Origin: an uncultured Gammaproteobacteria bacterium | Lineage (GTDB): Bacteria; Pseudomonadota; Gammaproteobacteria; Steroidobacterales; Rariloculaceae | Assembly: GCA_963810755.1 (NCBI GenBank) | Contig: CAWEOP010000003.1 | Span: forward strand, 801,395 to 865,394 | Length of the DNA stretch: 64,000 bases | Direction of reading: 5' to 3' | Part shown: piece by piece, positions 18,845 to 29,308 of the stretch | How the letters are laid out: each line of letters opens with the position of its first letter | Numbering within the stretch: the first letter of the stretch is position 1 | Position numbers and translations under genes: made by a program | Notes under the pieces: model-generated | Databases searched by the model: none | Told to the model about the DNA's origin: nothing | Seen by the model: the letters and a program-made list of their open reading frames with translations, nothing else

Positions 18845-19112
18845 CATCGGAGGTCGATTGCCTCGGGCGTCTTCGCGCGCGTTGATAGTTCGTTCGATGT
18901 ATTGGCGGTCCCGCGACCGCGGCGTATATTCGAAGCTCGGCTGGCACCTGATCTCACACAGTCAACAGCTGAGCACCGTGGCCGTTTCCTGTACTACAGG
19001 TTCTATCGGCCACAAATCTCCTTGGGGCCGGTAGTGAGCAGGTACCAGCCGATCCCACTACGAGCCGCCGGGCGGGCACGCCACCCGACTGCGCACAGTG
19101 CTGGTCACGGGA

Positions 19113-19821
19113 CTACGCTGGCGGACGCGCATCGTCGGAGCCTTCGGCGCGAAATCGATACCCGAGCCCGACCTCCGTGACGAAGTGCCGCGGGCGGTGC
19201 GGATCGGGCTCGAGCTTCTCGCGCAGGTTCTTCATGCAGACTCGAAGACTGCGCGCGTCGCCGCTCTTGTCGGGACCCCAGACTTCGCGCAGCAGCTGCG
19301 CCTGCCGCACGATCATCCCCGAGCTCCGCACCAGGGCCTCGAGCAGGCGAAACTCGAGCGGCGTGAGATGCACCTCGCCGCTCGGTCCATGCGCTTCGCG
19401 GCGGGCGAGGTCCACGTCTGATATCGCCGATACGCAGAGTCGTCGGCTCTCCGGCGCCGCGCACGCCGCGGCGCAGCGCCGCGCGGACTCGTGCGAGCAG
19501 CTCGCCCGCTTGAAAGGGCTTCGTCACGTAGTCGTCGGCGCCCGCGTCTAGGCCCGCGATCTTCTGACTCTCGAGCGTACGCGCGGACAACACGATCACG
19601 GGCATCGGCGACCATGAGCGCACGCGGCGGATCACGTCGAGCCCATCGCCGTCGGGTAGCCCTAGATCGACGATCATGAGATCGGGCTTGTGCGAGCGCG
19701 CCTCGATGTCGGCGCGCTCCGCCGTCGTCGCTTCGACGACGCGATAGCGCTCCGCCTCGAGCAGGACGCGCAGCACGTGCCGAATGTCGGGCTCGTCCTC
19801 GACGACGAGGACCTGATGCAT
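19113..19821 (-). pseudogene. kdpE: KdpE response regulator; frame broken once
   Basis: MHQVLVVEDEPDIRHVLRVLLE...DLGLPDGDG...VTKPF (receiver domain, frame of ORF 19105..20766), then VDLARREAHGPSGEVHLTPLEFRLLEALV...GLGYRF (OmpR-type wHTH, ORF 19113..19415). The join is near 19416-19425. It lies 9 nt downstream of the kdpD stop. Confidence 0.85.
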
Positions 19822-19829
19822 CGCCTGCG

Positions 19830-22533
19830 TCACGTGGCCTCGGCGATCGGCAGAGTGAGCTCGAAGCGCGTTCCTTTCTTCGGCAGGCGCTTCGCCTCGA
19901 TGGTGCCGCCATGCGCCTCGACGATCGCGCGGCAGATCGCGAGCCCGAGCCCGGCCCCGACGATCGTCGCCTCGCTCGCGCCGCGCCGGAACTTCTCGAA
20001 CAGCCGCGCGGGATCGCCGGGCGGCAGCCCGGGCCCGTCGTCGTCGACCGTCACGCGCACCTGCGGGCCGTCGACGGTCGCCGTCACCTGTACGCGCGTG
20101 CCCGCGGGCGTGTACTTCGAAGCGTTGTCGAACAGATTGCCGAACACCTGCACGATGAGGCTTGCATCCACGTCGACCGGGGGCAGGTCGGACGGGATCC
20201 GGACGTCGACCGGATGATCCGCGAGGCGTTCCTCGAGCTGGTGCAGTGCGGCGCCGACGAGGTCCTCGAGCTGCTCGGCGTCGCGCCGGAGCGGGACCTC
20301 GCCCGCGTCGAGGCGTGTGAGGTCGAGCACGTTCGACACGAGCTCCGACATCTCGCGCGCCTTCGTCTCGATCGAGCGGGCGAGCCGCATGCGCGTGGCC
20401 TCGTCGAGCTCGGCGCCGCGCGACGCGAGCGCGCTGCCGGCGCCGGCCATTACGGCGAGCGGCGTGCGCAGGTCGTGCGAGATCGACGAGAGCAGCGTGT
20501 TGCGCAAGCTGTCCGCTTCGGCGGAGACCCGCGCGGTCTCCGCTTCCTCCGCGAGCCGGGCGCGCTCGAGCGCGAGCGCGAGCTGGCCCGCGAACGTCTC
20601 GAGCAGGTGGCGTTGCTCCGGGAGTAGCACGCGCCGCGGGTTCGCGGGGTGCACCGCGAGCACGCCGAGCGTCTCGCGCCCCGTGTTCAGCGGCACATAC
20701 AGCGCGGGCGACGCGGGGAGCGTATCGGAGCCCAGTCCCGCGCGCTTGCCGTGATCGTGGACCCATTGCGCGACCGCGAGATCGGCCCCGAGGTAGGAGC
20801 CTTCCATCGGCCGTTCCTTCGGGTAGACGAGCTTACCGCTCGCGTTCGGGAACAGCACCGCGCAGCGGCATTGGAACACCTCGGCCACGTGCCTCACGGC
20901 CACGCGCGCCATGCTGGCCGTGCCGCGCGTGCCGGCGAGCTCGCGGCTCATCGCGTAGAGCAGCGACGTGCGGCGCTCGCGCGCTCCGGCGACGCGCGTC
21001 TGCTGGCGCACGCTCGACATCAGCGTGCCGATCACGAGGCCGATCGTGAGCATGACGCCGAACGTCACGATGTACTGCACGTCCGACACCGCGAACGTGA
21101 AGCGCGGCGGCACGAAGAAGAAGTCGAACATCACGACGTTCAGCACCGACGTGACCACCGACGGCCGCCGCCCGAGCCGGAGGCCCGCGATCGTGACGCC
21201 GAGCAGGTAGATCATCACGAGGTTCGAGAGCTCGAAGTACGGGTACATGCCCCACGCGAGCAGCGTGCAGAGCACCGAGATACCCGCGGCCCACGCGTAG
21301 CGTTTCGGCCGGGAGGCCTGCGTGATCGCGGGCGCGGAACTGCGTGCCGCGGCTGGGCCGCCGCGTGCCGAAGCGTTCGTCGCCGGGCGCGATCGTCACG
21401 ACGTCGAAGCCGCGGGCGCGCCGCACGAGCTCCGTGGCCGTCGAGCGACGTAGCAGCGCGCGCAGGCCGCGGCGCTTCGGAGAGCCGACGAGCACGCGCG
21501 TCGCCTTGCGAGTGCTCGCGTACTCCGCGAGCGTCGCGCCGGCCGTCGGGCCGTCGAGCGTGACGGTCTCGGCGCCGAGCGACTCGGCGAGCCGCAGCAG
21601 GTCGATCCGCCGGTTGCGTTCCTTCTCCGACAGACGCTGCAGCCACGGCGTCTCGACGTAGACCACGGCCCAATCGGCGGACAGCGCGTCCGCCATCCGC
21701 TTGCCCGCGCGCACGAGCTGCTCGGCCTGCGAGTCCGGGCCGATCGCGACGAGCAGCTGCTCGCGCGCGAGCCACTCGCGCGACGTGCGGTCGCCCGCGA
21801 GCGACGCGCGCGCGGCGGCCTCGACGCGGCTCGTCGTGCGGCGCAGGGCGAGCTCGCGCAGCGCGATCAGGTTCGGCAGCCGGAAGAATCGGTCGATCGC
21901 GCCGCGCACCTCGTCCGGCATGTAGACCTTGCCGGCCTTCAGACGCGCGAGCAGGTCGTCCGGCGGCAGGTCGATCAGCTCGACCTCGTCGGCTTGATCG
22001 AAGACGCGGTCGGGCACCGTCTCGCGCTGCTTCACGCCCGTGATCTGCGCGACCAGGTCGTTCAGGCTCTCGAGGTGCTGGACGTTCACGGTGGTCCAGA
22101 CGGTGATGCCCGCCTCGAGCAGCTCCTCGATGTCCTGCCAGCGCTTCGGGTGGCGCGGCGCGGGCTCGCCGCCGAGCAGATTCGAGTGCGCGAGCTCGTC
22201 GACGAGCAGGATCGCGGGGCGGCGTTTGAGCGCCGCGTCGAGATCGAGCTCGTGCCGCACGATCCCGCTGTAGCGGATCGCCAGGTGAGGCAGGGCTTCG
22301 AGCCCTTCCATGAGCCGCTCTGTCTCGGCGCGGCCGTGCGGCTCGATGTAGCCGATCACGATCTCCGCGCCGCCCGCGCGCGCCGCGCGTGCGGCCGCGA
22401 GCATCGCGAAGGTCTTGCCTACGCCGGCCGTGGCGCCGAAGAAGATCCGGAGCTTGCCACGCTTCGCGCGCGCCTCTTCCGCCTGGACGCGGGCCAGGAG
22501 CTCGTCGGGGTCGGGCCGCAGCTCGGCCGTCAT
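19830..22533 (-). pseudogene. kdpD: KdpD sensor histidine kinase; frame broken once
   Basis: The N-terminal KdpD/Usp part is ORF 20833..22533 (GKLRIFFGATAGVGKTFAML, WTTVNVQHLESLND). The TM, GAF and HisKA-HATPase part is ORF 19830..21275 (SSISHDLRTPL, GLGLAICRAIVEAHGG). The join is somewhere in 21290-21375. Confidence 0.9.
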
Positions 22534-23123
22534 TCAGCGCCTTGTTGTTTACTTCGCCGCGTCGTCGAGCGCGAGGTTGAGCTCGAGCACTTCACGCGCG
22601 GCTCGCCGAGGACGCCGAGCGTACGCCCGCTCGTGGCGGCGCGCACGAGCGTCCGCACCGATCGTTCGTCGACGCCTCGCGCGCGTGCGACTCGCGCCAC
22701 CTGATACTCCGCGGCGGCCGGCGAGATCTCGGGGTCGAGGCCGCTGCCCGACGCCGTCACGAGGTCGACCGGGATCGGCAGGGTGTTGCCCGGGTCCGCC
22801 GCTTTGAGCGCCGCGATCCGGTCCCGCACGGCCTGCTCGAGCGCCGGGTTGATCGGCCCCTGATTCGAGCCGCTCGAAACCGCGCCGTTGTACGGCATCG
22901 GCCCGGTCGCAGACGGCCGGCTCCAGAAGTACCGCTCGCCCGAGAACGGCTGGCCGATGAGCCGCGAGCCCACGACGCGGCCGTCTCGCTCGATCAGGCT
23001 ACCGGTCGTCTGGTCGTGGAACGCGAGCGTGCCGACGAGGGTCGTGATGCCCGGATAGACGACGCCCGTCACGACCGTGAGCAATAAGAACACCACCAGC
23101 ACCGAACGGATTTCGCGAGTCAT
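22530..23123 (-). CDS. kdpC: K+-transporting ATPase subunit KdpC (C-terminal tail out of frame)
   Basis: ATG 23123 (GAGGA upstream). [27 protein letters not shown] and [14 protein letters not shown] are KdpC motifs. After GEPRV the family-typical end [13 protein letters not shown]-stop (TAA 22549-22551) is in another frame. The break is near 22588-22595. Confidence 0.9.
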   Translation of the reverse strand: MTREIRSVLVVFLLLTVVTGVVYPGITTLVGTLAFHDQTTGSLIERDGRVVGSRLIGQPFSGERYFWSRPSATGPMPYNGAVSSGSNQGPINPALEQAVRDRIAALKAADPGNTLPIPVDLVTASGSGLDPEISPAAAEYQVARVARARGVDERSVRTLVRAATSGRTLGVLGEPRVKCSSSTSRSTTRRSKQQGAE

Positions 23124-23151
23124 GATTCGATCCTCTGCTGCGCGGCGCGCC

Positions 23152-25250
23152 TCACGCGAGTCCCACGAGCGTAAGCAACACATCGATGAGCTTGATTCCG
23201 ACGAACGGCACGACGACGCCGCCGACGCCGTAGATCAACAAGTTCCGGCGCAGCAGCACCGCCGCGGATGCCGCGCGCGTCTTCACGCCGCGCAGCGCGA
23301 GCGGCACGAGCGCCACGATGATCAGCGCGTTGAAGATCACGGCGGACAGGATCGCGCTCTCCGGGCTCGTGAGATTCATCACATTGAGCGCGCCGAGCGC
23401 GGGGTAGGTGGTCGCGAACGCGGCCGGGATGATCGCGAAGTACTTCGACACGTCGTTCGCGACCGAAAACGTCGTCAGCGCGCCGCGCGTGACGAGCATC
23501 TGCTTGCCGACGTCGACCACCTCGATCAGTTTCGTCGGGTTCGAGTCGAGGTCGACCATGTTGCCGGCTTCCTTCGCGGCCTGCGTGCCCGTGTTCATCG
23601 CGACGGCGACGTCCGCTTGCGCGAGCGCGGGCGCGTCGTTCGTGCCGTCGCCGCACATCGCGACGAGGCGCCCCTCGGCCTGGTGCTTGCGGATCAGCTC
23701 GAGCTTGGCCTCCGGCGTCGCCTCCGCGAGGAACTCGTCGACGCCGGCCTCGGCCGCGATCGCGGCGGCCGTGAGCCGGTTGTCGCCGGTGACCATCACG
23801 GTCTTGATGCCCATCTCGCGCAGCTCCGCGAACCGCTCGCGGATGCCGCCTTTCACGACGTCGCGCAGCTCGATCACGCCGAGCACGCGCGCGATCTTGC
23901 CGGCCTCCGCGACGACCAGCGGTGTGGCGCCCGCGCGCGCGACCTTGTCGACGATCTCGCCGACGGTCCCGGGCCACGAGCCGCCCTCGGCCTCGACGAA
24001 CGCGCGGATCGCGTCGGCGGCGCCTTTGCGCAGGCGCCGGCCGTCCACGTCGACGCCGCTCATCCGAGTCTGAGCCGAGAATTTGTGGAACGTGTGCGCG
24101 ACGGTCGAGATGTCGCGCCCGCGCAGCTGATACTTGCTCCTTCGCGAGCACGACGATGGACCGACCCTCGGGCGTTTCGTCCGCGAGCGAGGCGAGCTGC
24201 GCCGCGTCCGCGAGCTCGCGCGCGTCGATCCGCGGCGCGGGGTGAAACACCGTCGCGTGGCGGTCGCCGAGCGTGATCGTGCCGGTCTTGTCGAGCAGCA
24301 GCACGTCGACGTCGCCCGCGGCTTCGACCGCGCGGCCCGACGTCGCGATCACGTTCGCGCGCACCATCCGGTCCATGCCCGCGATGCCGATCGCGGACAG
24401 CAGCGCGCCGATCGTCGTCGGGATCAGGCACACGAGGAGCGCGACGAGCACCGTGGCCGTGACGACGGTACCCTGCCCCGAGCTCGCGACCGCGAAGTGC
24501 GAGAACGGCAGCAGCGTGGCGGTCGCGAGCAGGAACACGATCGTCATCATCGCGAGCAGGATCGACAACGCGATCTCGTTCGGCGTGCGCGTGCGCTTCG
24601 CGCCCTCGACGAGCGCGATCATGCGGTCGAGGAAGCCCTCGCCCTCTCGATTGGTCACGCGCACGACGAGCCAGTCGGACAGCACCTTCGTGCCGCCCGT
24701 CACGGCCGAGAAGTCGCCGCCGGCCTCGCGAAGCACCGGCGCGGACTCGCCCGTGACCGCGCTCTCGTTGACCGAGGCGACGCCTTCGACCACCTCGCCG
24801 TCCGCCGGGATGATGTCGTTGGGCTAGCACGAGCACGAGGTCGCCGCGCTTGAGCGCGCTCGCCTCGACGGTCTGATGCTCGTTGCGGTTGCGGCCGAGG
24901 AGGCGCTTCGCGTGGACGTGCTGGCGCATCGACCGCAGCGTTGCGGCCTGCGCTTTGCCGCGGCCCTCGGCGACGGCCTCCGCGAAGTTCGCGAATAGCA
25001 CCGTGAGCCAGAGCCACGCCGCGATCACGAGCACGAAGACCGGATGGCCTTCGTTCTCGACCGCGCCGAACGCGGCCGCGAGGCCGATCAGCGTGGTGTA
25101 GATGCTGCCGAGATAGACGACGAACATCACGGGGTTGCGGAATTGCACGCGCGGATGGAGCTTCGCGAACGAGTCGCGCAGCGCGGCCGAGACGATCGGT
25201 CCCGTCATGAAATTCATCGGACGCGTTGCACGTACGGCAGTGACGCTCAT
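23152..25250 (-). pseudogene. kdpB: K+-transporting P-type ATPase subunit KdpB; frame broken twice
   Basis: There are three collinear pieces (ORFs 24060..25265, 23120..24793, 23152..24063) with [30 protein letters not shown] and [10 protein letters not shown]. The breaks are near 24824-24832 and 24130-24140. The start is ATG 25250. Confidence 0.95.
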
Positions 25251-25251
25251 A

Positions 25252-27061
25252 TCAACCTCTTCCAATCATTTGCAGATGCTCGACGATCGGCCCGAGCCCA
25301 AGGGCCGGGACGAATGTGAGCGCACCGACCATCAAGACCACGCCGACGAGCCACGACACGAACAACAGCGTGTGCGTCGGCAGGGTGCCGGCGGTCACGG
25401 CCGTTGCCCGTTTCGCCGCGAGGCTGCCCGCGATCCCGAGCACGGGGATCATCAGCCAATAGCGCGACAGCCACATCGCGACTCCGAGCGCGGAGTTGTA
25501 GAACGGTGTGTTCGCGGACAGCCCCGCGAACGCGCTGCCGTTGTTGTTACCCGCGGACGAGAACGCGTAGAGGATCTCTGAGAAGCCGTGCACCGCGGGA
25601 TTCGCGACGCTGCTCGTGCCGGCGGGGATGGCGCTCGCGATGGCGGCGCCGATCAAGCACGACGGCCGGCGGCACGAGGATCGCGAGCGACGCCATCTTG
25701 ATCTCGAACGACTCGAGCTTCTTGCCGAGGTACTCGGGCGTGCGTCCCACCATGAGCCCCGCGATGAACACCGCGATGATCGCGAACATCAGCATGCCGT
25801 AGAGCCCGCTGCCGACGCCGCCGAACACGACCTCGCCGAGCTGCATGAGCCACATCGGGATCAAGCCGCCGAGCGGCGTGAACGAGTCGTGCATCGCGTT
25901 GACGGAGCCGTTCGAGGCCGAGGTAGTCGCGACGGCCCAGAGCGCGGAGTTTGCAATGCCGAAGCGCGTCTCCTTGCCTTCCATGTTGCCGCCGGCCTGC
26001 GTGTCCGACGCCGTCTGGTCGACGCCGAGCGCCGCGATGCGCGGATTGCCGGCCTGCTCGGCCGCGATGTCGCCGACCACGAGCGGCACGAAGATCACGA
26101 GCATCGCGGCGAGCACCGCCCAGCCCTGGCGCGTGTCGCCGACCATGCGGCCGAACGTGTAACAGAGCGCCGCGGCGATCAGCAGGATCGAGAGCATCTC
26201 GAGAAAGTTCGTGAGCGGCGTCGGATTCTCGTATGGATGCGACGAGTTGACGTTGAAGAAACCTCCGCCGTTCGTGCCGAGCTGCTTGATCGCGATCTGG
26301 CTCGCGGCCGGGCCGAGCGGCAACGTCTGCTCGGTGAACTGCGTCGGGGCGGTGACGGGATCGCCGGACGCGTCGAGCACGGGCTCGCCCGCGTCGTTCT
26401 TCACGGGCAGCTCGACCGTCACCGGCTCGACGAGCTGCGCGGTCGCATAGGGCGCGAAGGTCTGCACGACGCCCTGCGACATCAGCACGATCGCGAGCAC
26501 CAGCGACAAGGGCAGCAGGATGTAGAGCGTCGAGCGCGTAAGGTCGACGAAGAAGTTGCCGATCTCTCCGGACTGGCGGCGCACGAAGCCGCGAATCAGC
26601 GCGACGAGCACGGCCATGCCGGACGCGGCCGACAGGAAATTCTGCACGGCGAGCCCGAGCATCTGCGTGAGATAGCTCATCGTCGCCTCGCCGCCGTAGC
26701 CTTGCCAGTTGGTGTTCGTCGCGAAGCTCACGGCCGTGTTGAAGGACGAGTCGGGGCTCACGGCGGGCAACCCGGCGGGATTCAGAGGCAGCACGCCTTG
26801 CAGGCGTTGGAGCAGATACACCGCGAGGAACCCGAGCAAGTTGAGGAGCAGCACTTGGGCTGCATAGCGCTTCCAACCGGTTTCTTGGGCTTCGTCGACG
26901 CCCGCGGCCTTGTAGATCAGCCGCTCCACGGGACGCAGGACGGGCGACAGGAACGTGCGCCGGCCCTCGTAGACGGAGGCCATGAAAGCGCCGAGCGGCT
27001 TGGCGAGCGCGACCAGCACCGCGACGTAGAGCGCGGCCTGCAACAGACTCTGCGAGGTCAT
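25252..27061 (-). pseudogene. kdpA: K+-transporting ATPase subunit KdpA; frame broken once
   Basis: ORF 25547..27136 (start ATG 27061, [24 protein letters not shown]...[10 protein letters not shown]...[15 protein letters not shown]) continues as ORF 25252..25656 ([16 protein letters not shown]...NNGSAFAGL). The break is near 25657-25662. Confidence 0.95.
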
Positions 27062-27150
27062 TCGAACTTCTCCGGGTAGAGCAGCGCCGCGAATAAGTAG
27101 ACCGCGACGCCGAGCGAGAGCACCAAACCGATCCATTCCATGACGCTCAT
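27058..27150 (-). CDS. kdpF: KdpF (30 aa)
   Basis: This ORF is not in the ORF track because it is under 60 aa. GGAGG lies 7 nt upstream of the ATG. The product is [30 protein letters not shown]. Its stop overlaps the kdpA ATG (ATGA). A single TM helix plus a YxxLLxPExF-type end is typical of KdpF. Confidence 0.8.
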   Translation of the reverse strand: MSVMEWIGLVLSLGVAVYLFAALLYPEKFE

Positions 27151-27239
27151 CGGCGTGCCTCCAAGGCGATGACGAGCTTGAGCACTAGCCAGGTGGACAC
27201 GCTCAGGAGCGCGAACAGCGCCAACATCAGGAGTTCCAT
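27147..27239 (-). CDS. second 30-codon hydrophobic micro-ORF overlapping the kdpF start
   Basis: GAGAGAGG lies 6 nt upstream of ATG 27239. The product is [30 protein letters not shown]. Its TGA overlaps the kdpF ATG (ATGA). It is a prediction from sequence only. Confidence 0.4.
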   Translation of the reverse strand: MELLMLALFALLSVSTWLVLKLVIALEARR

Positions 27240-27394
27240 AGGACGCCTCTCTCGTGGATACCGCAGCCGAGAGATGCTAGTTCTTGGCGCGTGAGGAAGG
27301 CGTTAGTAAATGTACTTACGTGTGCGGCGCGGGGACGCGGTCGGCATCGAGTGCCGCGAACGCAATCAGGCGAGTTGAACTCGGGAGTCCAGCG
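27240..27394 (-). promoter_or_regulatory. kdp operon upstream region with an AT-rich patch (candidate promoter/KdpE site)
   Basis: This is the only non-coding DNA between the CorA-like gene stop and the micro-ORF. On the minus strand it reads ...CACACGTAAGTACATTTACTAACGCC...AACTAGCATCTC.... The AT-rich 18-mer (about 27303-27322) sits about 25-45 nt upstream of a possible -10 (TAGCAT). I could not match a consensus. Confidence 0.3.
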
Positions 27395-29032
27395 TTACTT
27401 GCCAGTCAGCGTCCGCCATTTGTCGCGCCAGCGGACACGCTCGTCCGAGAGTGCGTCGAGCAGATCGGCAAGTCGCTTCGACTTCGCGACCGTGAACATC
27501 GTCAGCGCGCCGGTCGCGAGCAGCACCGCGACGAAGAACGCCGTGCGCCACAGCAGCGGCTCATCCGCGGCCGCGATCACGTTCATGCCGATGAAGCCGG
27601 TCGCGATCGTGCCGATCATCGCCATGATCGTGACGACGGTGAGGCGCAGGATCGTGTTCGCTTGCCGGCGCAGCGCGTCGCTGTCGAGATAGCCGTTCAT
27701 GTCCATCATTTCCTCGCGCACCTCCTCGTACAACACCTCCGTGGCGAGGTGATCGCGCATCCGCTGGAACAGATTGCGAGCGAGGTCCTGGTTCGACACC
27801 TGGTGATACCAATAGCGATGGGTGAAGCGAAGGAAGATCTCCATACCCTGTCGAATGGAGCGCTTGAACAGCCTCACCGATTCCGTGTCGCCGATTTCGA
27901 GCCGATTCATCGCGACGGCGAGCTGATCGGACATCGACAGCAGCGCGGAGCGGTGAAAGTGCGCGATCAGGAACAGCAGGAAGTACTGGTGACGAAACTG
28001 GCCGAGCACTCCCGTTTCCGACCCGCAAAAGAACGGGTCGCCGTGACGCCCCACCATGCCGAGCACCCTGCCCGAGACCAGGATGCGCGTGTTGCTGCTG
28101 CCGGCGCCGCCGCGGTTCCAGTAGCGATCCTCACAGTAGTCGGCCTCGAATCCCTCGAGCGACTGCGTCGAGTACGGCGCTACGTCGGGCTCGCCCGGCT
28201 GAGCCGCGAACGCAATCCTCATGAAGTCCGCACGCGTCATCGCGGTCGGATCGTCCACCGTGAGGAACGCTAGGAACGGCATCCTGTAGTACTCGAGTGG
28301 GCGGAATCGGAGCGAGCCGGCTTCCTCGGAGTCCGCCGGCCGCAGAGGCTGGAGCAAGTATTCCCAATGCGCCGCCAGACGCGCCGTGCGGTGGCGTGCG
28401 ACGTGGCTCAGGTAGCGCCGCCGCTCGTCGTAGTCGGAGACGGCTCGCACGTTGCCGGCGGAGTCGAGCCACTCGACGCGCCGCAAGCAATTCGCTCCCT
28501 GGCCCGAAGAGTCCCAGAAGCCGGGGTATGCGCGTCCGAACCGGAACATCGTGTCTTGGGCGCGCGCGAGTGGAATCTCGTCGATAGATAGCTCGAACGC
28601 GTGCAGCACGATGTCTGCGTCGAGGAAAAAGTACAGGTCCACGTGGCCGACCTCGAAGACGAGCGAAGAGTCGTCCGAGTACGTCATGCGCACCTGGCGG
28701 ATATCGTGCCGCCGATACACTCTGACGCTCGGTTCGCCCTCCCTGCGCGACGGGTCCCTGCCGACCTTCGATCCGTAGAGGAAGCGCTGGACGAACGGCA
28801 GGAACGTGACGAACTCGCGGTAGTGGCGTTCCTTGAAATCGTCGGGATCGCATTGAAACTCCTCGACGACCTCGGACCATTCGTTGTTCTCGACCACGGA
28901 CCCGAGCGCTTCCCAGCGCCTCTGCAGCTTGCGGGACTCCTTCTCAGGTACGAGCTGCAGCGGCCAGAGCACGATCTGGCGGAAGTGCCGTACGACGATC
29001 TCGGGTGACGGTTTCTCGCTCAGGCGCGGCAC
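27395..29032 (-). CDS. CorA-superfamily-like membrane protein (GMN motif) with a large uncharacterised N-terminal domain
   Basis: An intact 545-aa ORF with a GTG start. The C-terminus LTVVTIMAMIGTIATGFIGMNV-loop-WRTAFFVAVLLATGALTMFTVAKSKR is a two-TM CorA topology with the GMN signature and a basic tail. I did not recognise the N-terminal ~450 aa. G+C looks lower than the surroundings by eye. Confidence 0.7.
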   Translation of the reverse strand: MPRLSEKPSPEIVVRHFRQIVLWPLQLVPEKESRKLQRRWEALGSVVENNEWSEVVEEFQCDPDDFKERHYREFVTFLPFVQRFLYGSKVGRDPSRREGEPSVRVYRRHDIRQVRMTYSDDSSLVFEVGHVDLYFFLDADIVLHAFELSIDEIPLARAQDTMFRFGRAYPGFWDSSGQGANCLRRVEWLDSAGNVRAVSDYDERRRYLSHVARHRTARLAAHWEYLLQPLRPADSEEAGSLRFRPLEYYRMPFLAFLTVDDPTAMTRADFMRIAFAAQPGEPDVAPYSTQSLEGFEADYCEDRYWNRGGAGSSNTRILVSGRVLGMVGRHGDPFFCGSETGVLGQFRHQYFLLFLIAHFHRSALLSMSDQLAVAMNRLEIGDTESVRLFKRSIRQGMEIFLRFTHRYWYHQVSNQDLARNLFQRMRDHLATEVLYEEVREEMMDMNGYLDSDALRRQANTILRLTVVTIMAMIGTIATGFIGMNVIAAADEPLLWRTAFFVAVLLATGALTMFTVAKSKRLADLLDALSDERVRWRDKWRTLTGK

Positions 29033-29308
29033 TCCGCTTGCAGCCTCGACGCGGGCGCTAAGACTAGCGTTTCCGATTTCAGAACGCGATGCGATTTGCG
29101 TGCCGGCTGGTTAGACGAGCGTTTTCTTAACGCGCGCCTAATACGCCCGCGCGTAATCTCTCGAGGAAACGAGCACCGAGAGAACGCTTTCGATGGAACT
29201 TGCGATCTTCTCCATCGCGCTGCTGCTGATCGCGGCTGTATGGATCGCCGTGGAGAAGCAGCGCTCGCGTCAGTCGAAGCACCGTGAGCCGCAGACGAGC
29301 GACAAAGG

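Noticed and set aside
18786-19112. A Moco riboswitch or other known structured RNA upstream of the ModE-like gene.
   Set aside because: Only generic short hairpins are seen, and I could not match any motif I know. The region is kept as an unexplained spacer in the findings, not as an RNA gene.
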